In this document: positions 40,064-49,153 of the stretch, in pieces | Position numbering within the stretch: position 1 is the stretch's first letter | How the letters are laid out: every line of letters starts with the position of its first letter | Assembly: GCA_028282885.1 (NCBI GenBank) | Contig: JANQGX010000059.1 | Coordinates: 64,906 to 128,905 of the forward strand | Reading direction: 5' to 3' | Length of the DNA stretch: 64,000 bases | From: SAR324 cluster bacterium | Lineage (GTDB): Bacteria; SAR324; XYD2-FULL-50-16 | Notes under the pieces: generated by a model | Database searches by the model: none | What the model was told of the DNA's origin: nothing | What the model saw: the letters and a program-made list of their open reading frames with translations, nothing else | Program-made: the position numbers and the translations under genes

Positions 40064-40289
40064 GTGTTAATGGGAAGAAACGCAAAATGTCGCGGAGCGG
40101 TTGATGTTAATGAAAAGAAAACATCGCCAACATATCAAACTTAATTAACAAAGCCAATATCTACCGGCTTGGATATGGATCTGCAGATCCTGTCAAACCT
40201 ATAAACGAGTTCGCCGGGCTACCGCAGAAGACAATCTCATTACTTGGTACATGAACGGGCTGAAATAAGAAAAATGCCAGTCCATCACC

Positions 40290-40963
40290 TCAGTTTGGGT
40301 CGGAGTTTAATCTTGGCAATGGGATGAGATGGTATGAATGGATCATGAGAATCCGGATTTTTGAAGCCGGCAAGATGTTTTCGCTTATTGTGAAATTTGC
40401 GTTCGAAATACTGTGAAAACGCAGGTCGGTTTTGGTTTTCAGGTATTCCGGCATGATTTCAAAGGTTCGTGTCAGGGAAGCTTTGTCCTTGACGAAATAG
40501 GCGGAGCAATCATAATTGGTGAACATCTATTTATGGGGATTGAAGACAAAACTGTCCGCATTTTCAATGCCATTAATCATCCACCTGTACTCGGGTAAAA
40601 CCAGGGCTGTACCTGAAAAAGCGGCATCGATATGCAGCCAGATTCCGAATTCCTTACATATCCTGGGAATCTCTTCCAGGGGATCGACAGCGGTTGTGCT
40701 TGTCGACCCAAGAGTGGCGATAACGCAGACTGGCTTCATTTGCCTGGACAGATCTTTCAGTATCGCTGATTCGAGTTGTTGGAGATCCATTCGCAACTCT
40801 TCATCAACTCACTTTGCTCCGGGGCAGAATCGGGCAGTTTGGCATAGACCTCTTGCGGAGTCACCTTGGACTTAACCGGATACTCTTCAATCTTTTCGAA
40901 ACAGTCTGCCATCCAGTCGACAATTTCGTGTGCTGATTTTCTAAATTCTTTATTGTCAATCAT
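40290..40963 (-). pseudogene. Aromatic L-amino-acid (PLP-dependent, group II) decarboxylase pseudogene
   Basis: N-terminus EFRKSAHEIVDWMAD joined out of frame to ATLGSTSTTAVD..WLHIDAA..NPHK, then TAG (normally Trp), then MFTNYDCS. C-terminus missing. Confidence 0.88.
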
Positions 40964-41076
40964 CTTTTGTTTTTTCTGTCATGGAAACCGGACCGTTCAC
41001 TTCTTTAAGGCGTTCAATCTCTTATTGTATTGTTATGGAGAAAACCTGTTTAAGAAGTCCGGAAGAGGAAACACAA

Positions 41077-42942
41077 TCACAGTGAATCCGACTCCAAGTC
41101 ATCAAGAGCAGTTTTGTCGGGTTTTCCGGTTTTGGGGTTCCATTTCATTTCCTTGAAAAAACTATTCTTTATGGCCGCATAATCGAGAACCTGACCTTTA
41201 CCGGGTCCAACCTTGAGAGCCTTCTCAAATCTTCCAGGCAGCTTGAAGGTGTCAGGCTTTATTCCTTCCCTTGCGTTAAAAGCCTGGCGGATATTTAAAA
41301 TTCTTCTTCCTGTATTCAACCCCTCTTCCCAGTCGATATCCCAGCCTGTTATCGGTGCAAGCAGTTCCAGTATCGGGATGACCATCTGGATAGCAAACAA
41401 TCCGCACAATCCCCCTGAACTCAACAATTGAAAATAGGCTGATCCGGCAACATACATGGGGCCTTTTTTATCATAATCCGCATAAACATCCAACAGAGGA
41501 GATCTAAGCAGCGGGTGATTTCCTATGTCTGCACCGTTCTCTAAAAGATCTGCCCCCTGGGGTCCTATGTGATGTCCCGGTTCAGGGTCACAGAGGTAAA
41601 TGGCACTGCGAGCCGGAGAAAGCCTGGGATCATGAAACGATAATCTGTGACCTCCCACGTGCATGGCAAATGCTTCGGATCCTCCACCGATTTTCTCGGA
41701 AGCTTTTTTCACTCCCTGTGCCAACAACTTTCCGATTCCTTCCTGCCTGGCTATCATTTCTATCAACTTGACGACAGTATCACCGTCCCCCCATTTCAAT
41801 TCAAGGCCATCGGTATCTCCGGTATCAATCAGACCGTTTTCAAAACACTCAAAGGCAAATGCAACCGCGCCCCCTGCTGCAATCGTATCAAGACCGTAAC
41901 GATTACAGATTTCGTTAGCCTTGATGACAGATTCCACGTTGTCGTTCAGGCATATTGTACCCATGCCGGCAAGGGTTTCGTATTCAGGCCGATGAATCTC
42001 TTCTTTGGTCTTGAATCGCCCTTCGGTAAGATCTATTAATGCACCACAGCGAATTGTACAGTTGTGGCAACCATATTTTTTTAGCTTATAGACATCCATC
42101 TTTGCTGAATTGAGATTTTCGCTGGTCGGCATGGCATCTGTTCCGGCTGTTGACCAGTTTTTAACGGGGCAATCGCCGATTGAAACCAGAAAACTGGTTC
42201 CGCCACCGGTTCCATCTTTGGAGAGTCCTTTATGGAAATTACTTTCCCTGATATCCTTGGCAAAGCCTTTCACTACCTCATTCAGTTTTTTCCGATCAGC
42301 TACCTCAAGCTTTCTTCTGCTTGTACTACCGACTACCACTGCCTTGAGAAGTTTTGAGCCCATAACTGCTCCGACTCCTCCCCGTGCGGCGATTCTTCCT
42401 TTTTCATTGACAATTCCCGATATCAGGGACAACTTTTCGCCGGACGGTCCGATGCAGGCTACCCTGCAGGTGCGGTTACCTGTTTCTTCCTGAATCAAAT
42501 CGTCGGTGTCACTGGTATCCTTACCCCAGAGATGAGTTGCACTACGAAAGGAGACTTCATCATCGAAAATCGTGACATAAACCGGTTCACTGGAAATCCC
42601 TGAAAAAAATACGGCGTCATATCCACACTTTTTTAATTCCGGTCCCCAGAATCCCCCGGAGTTGGCATCAGCACAACCGCCTGTAACAGGAGATTTTGTA
42701 ACGACCGTGTATCGCCCCCCTCCTGGAACACCGGTACCGGTTAACGGACCGGTCACAAATCCGAGCAGGTTTTCCGGGCCAAAAGTATCGACATGAGGAG
42801 AAATCTGATCATATAAAACCTTAGTTCCCAGACCCGCTCCACCCAGGTATTTTCGATAAAACCGTTCTTCCGGTTTTATCTCTTCAGTTGTCCTGTTTGC
42901 CAGATCTACAAACAGAATCTTTCCAGCGTACCCATAATTCAT
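41077..42942 (-). CDS. aor: Aldehyde:ferredoxin oxidoreductase family (tungsten/pterin) enzyme
   Basis: GYAGKILFVDL, KSPVTGG, AARGGVGAVMGSKLLKAV, CHNCTIRC, PEYET and YGLDTI motifs. Confidence 0.93.
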   Translation of the reverse strand: MNYGYAGKILFVDLANRTTEEIKPEERFYRKYLGGAGLGTKVLYDQISPHVDTFGPENLLGFVTGPLTGTGVPGGGRYTVVTKSPVTGGCADANSGGFWGPELKKCGYDAVFFSGISSEPVYVTIFDDEVSFRSATHLWGKDTSDTDDLIQEETGNRTCRVACIGPSGEKLSLISGIVNEKGRIAARGGVGAVMGSKLLKAVVVGSTSRRKLEVADRKKLNEVVKGFAKDIRESNFHKGLSKDGTGGGTSFLVSIGDCPVKNWSTAGTDAMPTSENLNSAKMDVYKLKKYGCHNCTIRCGALIDLTEGRFKTKEEIHRPEYETLAGMGTICLNDNVESVIKANEICNRYGLDTIAAGGAVAFAFECFENGLIDTGDTDGLELKWGDGDTVVKLIEMIARQEGIGKLLAQGVKKASEKIGGGSEAFAMHVGGHRLSFHDPRLSPARSAIYLCDPEPGHHIGPQGADLLENGADIGNHPLLRSPLLDVYADYDKKGPMYVAGSAYFQLLSSGGLCGLFAIQMVIPILELLAPITGWDIDWEEGLNTGRRILNIRQAFNAREGIKPDTFKLPGRFEKALKVGPGKGQVLDYAAIKNSFFKEMKWNPKTGKPDKTALDDLESDSL

Positions 42943-43065
42943 GACCTATTCCTTTTTATTATTGAATATACCCCGGTCAGACTACATTTAGTCGACGTCA
43001 TCTCCCTTCCTTGCTCATTGGAAATGAATCTGAACCCGGCTTTTCCATGGGGAAAGCTGGGTTAA

Positions 43066-43123
43066 AAAACTTATTGTCTGATGTCTGATAATAAGTTTTA
43101 TAAACATCCAACCTGAATGTCAA
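43066..43123 (-). promoter_or_regulatory. sigma70-type promoter (TTGACA-N17-TAAAAC) overlapped by a 34-bp palindromic operator upstream of AOR
   Basis: -35 at 43118-43123, -10 at 43095-43100. Inverted repeat aaaacttattgtc-tgatgtct-gataataagtttt (13-bp arms, one mismatch). Confidence 0.6.
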
Positions 43124-43199
43124 TTTTTTAATAATGGAGGATGGTAAATAATGCGGATATCCTTTTAGAGGAGAGGTGCGGCCCTCTCCTGCAAAGCGG

Positions 43200-44978
43200 T
43201 TATGCGTTAGGCAGGTGAATAGAAAAGGTGCTTCCTTTTCCCTGGACAGTATGGACAGAGACTCTTCCGGAATGAAGCTGGGCGATGTGCTTGACAATAG
43301 CCAATCCCAGGCCGGTTCCTCCCAATTCCCGGCTTCGTGCCTTGTCTGCCCGGTAAAACCGTTCGAACAGTCTTGGCAGGTGTTTTTTATGAATACCGGG
43401 ACCCTGATCATGGATGCTGATGAACATTTCCGCATGATCGGTACCTACCTCAATTCGAACCTGGCTGCTTTCGTTGCTGTATTTCACAGCGTTGTCTAAT
43501 AGATTAACGATAGCCTGCTCCAAAAGGGTTCTGTCAATTTTTACTTTGAGTTCTGCATCACAATCGAGTTCTAATGAAATATTTTTTTCATCTGCTTTGG
43601 ATTGCAGCAATTGGATAGCAGTTTCAATAACGTTTCGGATCTCCTTCTGCTCAAGCCTGGTTTCTATTTTTTCGTCCAGTTTTTCGATACGGGCCAGGGA
43701 AAGAAGGTCTTCAATTATCGCATTAAGACGATCAACATGTCGACTGATGATTTTCATGAACCTCAGGGATTCATCCGGATTTTCCGTGAGAGATCCGTTA
43801 ATCAGGGTTTCCACAAAACCCTTGATGGTGGTGAGCGGTGTTTTCAGCTCGTGAGAAACATTGGCCACAAAATCTTTCCTGATATCTTCCAGAAGTCGGA
43901 GCCTGGTGACATCGTTTAAAACCAGCAAGGCTCCGATGTTCAGGTTATCCGCATTGAACAGGGGAAGACTCTTCAGGTTCAAAACACGGTCGCTGTCATG
44001 ATGTACGGTAATATCCTGTTCCAACGGAGCTTTTTTGGAAAGCGTCACCGCGACCTGTTTTTGCAGTTCAGAATTGCGGATCATCTCCTGGATGCTTTGA
44101 TGCTTCAGATTGACGGAGTCTATCGCCAGCATTTCCATGGCGGCCTGGTTGATACTGAGGATACGTTCCTGCGTGTCAACTGCTATCACACCCTCGATCA
44201 TACTGGAGAGAACAGCTTCATATTCGTTTCTTTGGTTAACGATGGTCTTGATCCTGTTTTCCAACTGAGAGGCCATGTCGTTCATGGACTCTGCCAAGCT
44301 GGCCAGCTCCAGGGTATCCGGAATGGGCAGGTAATAGTTCAGGTCACCCCTGGCATAGTGCTCGGCTCCGATTCTCATTTCCTCTACGGGTCTGGTAATG
44401 CGTCGTGAGAGAATCAGGGCCAGGATGGAAGCCAGGAGAGCTGTCAGAATCCCCCAAAAGAGGCGCTCCTTGAGAATGGCGTTAAGTTCGTCTTCAATGG
44501 AAGTAATGGGCACCGAAGTCCTGATGACAGCATCTATGTTGTCACCGGATTTAACAGGGATAGCAACATACATCATATTCTGGGAAAGGGTCCCGCTGTA
44601 ACGAATGGAGGAGCCGACGCCGCCTTTCAAAGCTTCGGATATTTCAGGTCTGTTTTTATGATTGTCCATGAAATCGGGATTCTCATCGGAATCTCCCACC
44701 ACTTTACCGTCAGGCAAAATGACGGTGATACGCGTAACCACCGCTTTTCCCAGGCTGTTACAAAGCTCTTTGATTGCCTTGGGATCAAGCGGCGATAACA
44801 AGGCTGAAACCTTGTCCTCGATTAGAAAAGCCTGTGTTTTCAGGTCTTTTTCCGATTGATTCAGGAAGAACTTTCGAATGGAGTTCGAAGTATATCCCGT
44901 GACTGAGATCAGTGAGACAACGATGATCAGAAGAAAGGAAGGATAGATACGCCAGATCAGTTTTCTATTTTTTGTCAT
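43200..44978 (-). CDS. phoR: Phosphate regulon sensor kinase PhoR
   Basis: HAMP-PAS-HisKA (DFVANVSHELKTPLT) and RFYRADKARSRELGGTGLGL; in an operon with phoU and phoB. Confidence 0.92.
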   Translation of the reverse strand: MTKNRKLIWRIYPSFLLIIVVSLISVTGYTSNSIRKFFLNQSEKDLKTQAFLIEDKVSALLSPLDPKAIKELCNSLGKAVVTRITVILPDGKVVGDSDENPDFMDNHKNRPEISEALKGGVGSSIRYSGTLSQNMMYVAIPVKSGDNIDAVIRTSVPITSIEDELNAILKERLFWGILTALLASILALILSRRITRPVEEMRIGAEHYARGDLNYYLPIPDTLELASLAESMNDMASQLENRIKTIVNQRNEYEAVLSSMIEGVIAVDTQERILSINQAAMEMLAIDSVNLKHQSIQEMIRNSELQKQVAVTLSKKAPLEQDITVHHDSDRVLNLKSLPLFNADNLNIGALLVLNDVTRLRLLEDIRKDFVANVSHELKTPLTTIKGFVETLINGSLTENPDESLRFMKIISRHVDRLNAIIEDLLSLARIEKLDEKIETRLEQKEIRNVIETAIQLLQSKADEKNISLELDCDAELKVKIDRTLLEQAIVNLLDNAVKYSNESSQVRIEVGTDHAEMFISIHDQGPGIHKKHLPRLFERFYRADKARSRELGGTGLGLAIVKHIAQLHSGRVSVHTVQGKGSTFSIHLPNA

Positions 44979-45669
44979 GATCTTCTTCTACTAAACGATA
45001 ACCCACACCACGCACGGTCTGGATGAGTTTTCCATAGGAGCCGAGTTTTTTTCGGAGACCGACGATCTGCACATCAACACTTCGGTCGGTGACATAGTAG
45101 TCCGTTCCCCTGACCGCATCGACGATTTGAGACCGGGTTGCCACCCATCCCGGTTTTTTAGCCAGGTGATAAAGAACCTGGAATTCGGTATAGGTCAGGG
45201 CGATTAACTTTCCATCAACGGAAACTTCCCGTCTGCCGGGATGAATCACCATCTTATGTATGTCGATGATTTCTTCCGCTTCTGTCGGGGCAATGCCCTT
45301 TCTGCGCAGCATGGCCTTTACACGTGCCAGCAGGATTCTCGGAGAGAAGGGTTTGGTAATATAGTCATCGGCACCCAGTTCAAGGCCGGTGACTATATCG
45401 GCCTCTTCACCCTTGGCGGTGAGCATAATAATGGGAATATTGGAGGTGGCCTGATTGTTTTTGATAATCCTGGTGATTTCCAGCCCGTCAATACCTGGCA
45501 ACATGAGGTCAAGAACCATCAGATCGAATTTTATCGAATCAATTTTTTTGAGAACCTCCTCGCCCGTAGTCACGGAAATCGTTTTGTATCCTTCCCGGGT
45601 CAGGTTGTATCTCAGCAGTTCCAGAATGTCTTCTTCATCGTCGACGAGAAGAATCGTCTCGTGGCTCAT
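44965..45669 (-). CDS. phoB: OmpR-family phosphate response regulator PhoB/PhoP
   Basis: REC plus winged helix (RSVDVQI..LRKKL, TVRGVGY); lies between phoU and phoR. Confidence 0.92.
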   Translation of the reverse strand: MSHETILLVDDEEDILELLRYNLTREGYKTISVTTGEEVLKKIDSIKFDLMVLDLMLPGIDGLEITRIIKNNQATSNIPIIMLTAKGEEADIVTGLELGADDYITKPFSPRILLARVKAMLRRKGIAPTEAEEIIDIHKMVIHPGRREVSVDGKLIALTYTEFQVLYHLAKKPGWVATRSQIVDAVRGTDYYVTDRSVDVQIVGLRKKLGSYGKLIQTVRGVGYRLVEEDHDKK

Positions 45670-45671
45670 AA

Positions 45672-46343
45672 TTATTTTTTAACGTTGTTTGGTTTCCTGT
45701 GCCGGACAATCTCTCCATCGATGAGATGGATGACTTCTTCGGCAATGTTGGTGGTATGGTCTGCCAACCGTTCCAGATGCCTGGAGATCAGAAACAGGTT
45801 CAGCAGAAAACCCAGGCAGTGACGATTCTCATGCATCGCCTCTTTGAACTCATCATAAGCCTGGTTTTGAAACCGGTCGACTTCGTCATCCATGGTCAGA
45901 ACTTCGTATGCAAGCTCGCTATCCAGGTTGATCAGGGAATCCAGACTTTTTGATAGCATTTCCTGCGCTTTCTGTGCCATTTCCGAATAGTCGAAAGAGA
46001 AATCACACCGGTTTTGTTTACTGATGACGACCACCCTTTCAGCGATATTGACCGCCTGATCGCCAATTCTTTCCAAATCGTTGTTGATTTTGATGACAGC
46101 AATCAGAAATCTGAGGTCGACTGCAACCGGTTGGTGAAGTGCCATAATTTTAAGGCATTCCTCCTCGATCTCCACCTCTTTACTGTCAATCTCCAGGTCC
46201 TTTTCGATGATTTCCAGGGCAAGATCCGAATCGATATCCTCAATGGCTTTTACCGCCATGTTAACCCGCTCTTCAACGATAGCGCTGAGCGAAAGAATCA
46301 TTTTCTTGATTTTGTCCAGTTCGTTATGAAAATGCTTGGTCAT
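45672..46343 (-). CDS. phoU: Phosphate signalling protein PhoU
   Basis: QPVAVDLR, DLERIGD and LERLADHTTNIAE motifs. Confidence 0.96.
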   Translation of the reverse strand: MTKHFHNELDKIKKMILSLSAIVEERVNMAVKAIEDIDSDLALEIIEKDLEIDSKEVEIEEECLKIMALHQPVAVDLRFLIAVIKINNDLERIGDQAVNIAERVVVISKQNRCDFSFDYSEMAQKAQEMLSKSLDSLINLDSELAYEVLTMDDEVDRFQNQAYDEFKEAMHENRHCLGFLLNLFLISRHLERLADHTTNIAEEVIHLIDGEIVRHRKPNNVKK

Positions 46344-46590
46344 TTTAATTCCCTTTTGTGAGAGAAGAATAACATAGATCCCGCCGGGGATATATGATTC
46401 AAAAACCTGAGGTGCGAGACACTCGGCATCGAACCACAGGAGGTTTTCAGGGATCTAATTGGCGATAAAGTCGGATGCGGAGCGTTGTGTACCCTGTTTT
46501 GTATGGCGAATCTCCTGGTGGTTGCATTTTGGAGACATTAAGTAAGACTTACCTCCGATTTCCCTGAGTTCAATCGGTTTCTTTCAGAGA

Positions 46591-47412
46591 CTAGCCGAAT
46601 CTTCCGGTAACGTAATCCTGTGTCTTCTGGCTACCCGGTTTGGTGAAAACGGTTTGGGTTTTACCGTATTCGATGATTTTTCCCAGGTACATGAAGGCGG
46701 TATTGTCCGAAACCCTTGCTGCCTGCTGCATGTTGTGAGTCACAATCACGATGGTGAATTTCCCCCGCAACTCGTTGATCAGATCCTCAATCTTGATAGT
46801 GGCCAAGGGATCCAGTGCCGAACAGGGTTCATCCATCAAAAGAACATCAGGTTCAGCGGCAATAGCCCTGGCAATACAAAGACGCTGTTGCTGGCCTCCG
46901 GAAAGACCAAGGGCATTTTCCTTAAGCCGGTCCTTGACCTCATCCCAAAGCGCAGCGCCTTTGAGTGTTCTTTCCACTGTTTCTGCCAATACATTCTTGT
47001 CCCTGACGCCGTCAACCTTAAGCGGATAGGTCACGTTTTCCGCGATTGACATGGGAAAAGGATTGGGTTTTTGAAAAACCATACCCATCCGTTTGCGAAG
47101 ACTGATAACATCTATATTTTTATCAAAAATATTCTGACTATTCAAACAGATCCGACCACCGGTGCGCAATCCTTCAATCAGGTCGTTCATCCGATTCAGG
47201 GAACGTAGCAGGGTCGACTTCCCGCAACCTGAGGGGCCAATCAGGGCCGTAACCAGCCCTTTCTGGATATCGATTCTGTTATTGAAAAGCGCTTGTTTAT
47301 CACCATACCAGAGCGAGAAATCATCAATTTCGATAACGGTGCCTTCAGGACCTTCCTGAAAGTGATAGACGGTCTCTTCAGTCTCGTTATTTAATTCAAC
47401 TAGTTGGTCCAT
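46591..47412 (-). CDS. pstB: Phosphate ABC transporter ATPase PstB
   Basis: [30 protein letters not shown] and DEPCSALDP motifs. Confidence 0.97.
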   Translation of the reverse strand: MDQLVELNNETEETVYHFQEGPEGTVIEIDDFSLWYGDKQALFNNRIDIQKGLVTALIGPSGCGKSTLLRSLNRMNDLIEGLRTGGRICLNSQNIFDKNIDVISLRKRMGMVFQKPNPFPMSIAENVTYPLKVDGVRDKNVLAETVERTLKGAALWDEVKDRLKENALGLSGGQQQRLCIARAIAAEPDVLLMDEPCSALDPLATIKIEDLINELRGKFTIVIVTHNMQQAARVSDNTAFMYLGKIIEYGKTQTVFTKPGSQKTQDYVTGRFG

Positions 47413-47427
47413 ATTATGTCATCTCTT

Positions 47428-49143
47428 TTAAAAATGGCCTGCTGAAAATCTTCGGTTCAGCCGATTACGGATATGGATGGAAACGGCATTCATCACTGCC
47501 ACCAAGGTAATCAGCAACAGTGTGGTGACAAAAACCATGGGCTTGCCGGCTTCAGCATTGCGTGATTGGAATCCGACATCGAAAATATGAAATCCCAGGT
47601 GCATGAAACTCCGTTCCAGATGCACGAAGGGGAAGTAGCCGTCAAAGGGTAGTTCCGGGGCCATTTTGACAACACCAACCAACATCAGGGGGGCAACTTC
47701 TCCCGCTCCCCTGGCCATTGCCAGAATCAATCCCGTCAAAATTCCGGGTAAGGCTTTGGGAATCACAATGTTTTTGATGGTCTGCCATTTAGAGGCGCCA
47801 CAGGCAAGTGATCCTTCCCTGAGGGACTGCGGCACTGCCGCCAGAGCCTCTTCAGTGGCGACGATTACTACCGGGACTGTCAAGAGAGCCAGCGTCAACG
47901 AGGCCCAGAGCAAACCGCCTGTTCCGAAGGTCGGGTTAGGCAGTTTTTCCGGATAGAACAGTGTATCGATTGAACCACCGATGGTGTAAGCAAAAAAGCC
48001 AAGTCCAAATACGCCATACACGATTGATGGGACACCGGCCAGATTGTTGACACTGATCCTTACAACCGAGACCAGATGACCCTGTTTTGCGTATTCTCTC
48101 AGGTACAAAGCCGCCACTACGCCAAATGGAGCTACAGCCATGACCAGAAGCAGGGTCATGGTCAGGGTTCCGAAAATGGCCGGCATAACACCACCTTCGG
48201 TATTGGCTTCCCTGGGTTCGGCGGTAAGGAATTCCAACCATCTGGAGAAGTAAACACCCAGCTTATCCAGCAGGGATAACTGATTAGCAGCATAGAAACG
48301 TACAATTTCAGAAAGCAGCAGGGTTTTTTTCTGTCCGCCGATCTCCTTGAGGGTGAGTTTGAACTGACTGTTTTCCTGCTTCAGGTTTTCAGCTTCATCC
48401 TGCAGTTTTTTGTATTTTGCCATCAAGGTTTCGGTCTTTTCCTGGTAGGCTTGTTTGGCCTCCCGATAAGGATCAGAATCGACGCCTTCTGCCAGCTCAA
48501 CTCTTTTTAGCTCAAGTCTTTCTTCTTCAAGAGAATGGTTGATATCGCTGATTTTTTTCTTCTCAATAACACCGATCTTTTGTCGACGTTCCACAGCCTT
48601 TTCATGCTCACTTTCCAATCGATCCGCCAGATTCTCGGGGCGGATGTCCGTCCGTCCTCCCAATTCGACTTTTTCGATAAAACCGATGAATGGTCCCCAC
48701 TCTACCCGTTCAAAATAGTAGATGTTTTCAGGGTTTGTTCTTTCCCTGATATTAAACTCGTCAACCCACTTAAAATCTTCGTTATACAGGTCGTAATTTC
48801 CGGTCTTGAAAAGTGTTCTTTCGGCAACTCCTTTGTTCCGGCGGATTTTTTCTTTCCACTCCGTATTCACGGTTTTCAGAATATCGTCCGAAGGTCTGTA
48901 TGACTCTGATCGGCGAATTTCACCTGCGATCATACTCCCGTCATTGAGAATGATCTGTTCGATTCCCCCGGGATAAAAAGTAATGATTCCGTTCCAGACA
49001 ACCAGTATCAAAAAGGCGATGATCATCAGAACACCCAGGGCCAGTGTTCCTCCCATGGTCCAGAGAGCAGGTTCTCCCCTGGCAGCCATGCTGGTGTTTT
49101 TGAAAGATTCGCCGGATTTAACCGGCTTTTTCAAGAGGTTCAT
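47428..49143 (-). CDS. pstA: Phosphate ABC permease PstA, long form with a periplasmic coiled-coil insert
   Basis: PREANTEGGVMPAIFGT, NLAGVPSIVYG and ARGAGEVAPL motifs. Confidence 0.94.
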   Translation of the reverse strand: MNLLKKPVKSGESFKNTSMAARGEPALWTMGGTLALGVLMIIAFLILVVWNGIITFYPGGIEQIILNDGSMIAGEIRRSESYRPSDDILKTVNTEWKEKIRRNKGVAERTLFKTGNYDLYNEDFKWVDEFNIRERTNPENIYYFERVEWGPFIGFIEKVELGGRTDIRPENLADRLESEHEKAVERRQKIGVIEKKKISDINHSLEEERLELKRVELAEGVDSDPYREAKQAYQEKTETLMAKYKKLQDEAENLKQENSQFKLTLKEIGGQKKTLLLSEIVRFYAANQLSLLDKLGVYFSRWLEFLTAEPREANTEGGVMPAIFGTLTMTLLLVMAVAPFGVVAALYLREYAKQGHLVSVVRISVNNLAGVPSIVYGVFGLGFFAYTIGGSIDTLFYPEKLPNPTFGTGGLLWASLTLALLTVPVVIVATEEALAAVPQSLREGSLACGASKWQTIKNIVIPKALPGILTGLILAMARGAGEVAPLMLVGVVKMAPELPFDGYFPFVHLERSFMHLGFHIFDVGFQSRNAEAGKPMVFVTTLLLITLVAVMNAVSIHIRNRLNRRFSAGHF

Positions 49144-49153
49144 ATTTCAACTC

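Noticed and set aside
40527..40529. In-frame TAG after NPHK as possible pyrrolysine or read-through
   Set aside because: It sits at a conserved Trp (TGG to TAG is one substitution), and the gene also has a deletion, a frameshift and a truncation.
43002..43065. Moco/Wco riboswitch ahead of AOR
   Set aside because: The leader is short, with one hairpin, and I could not find the conserved elements of that motif.
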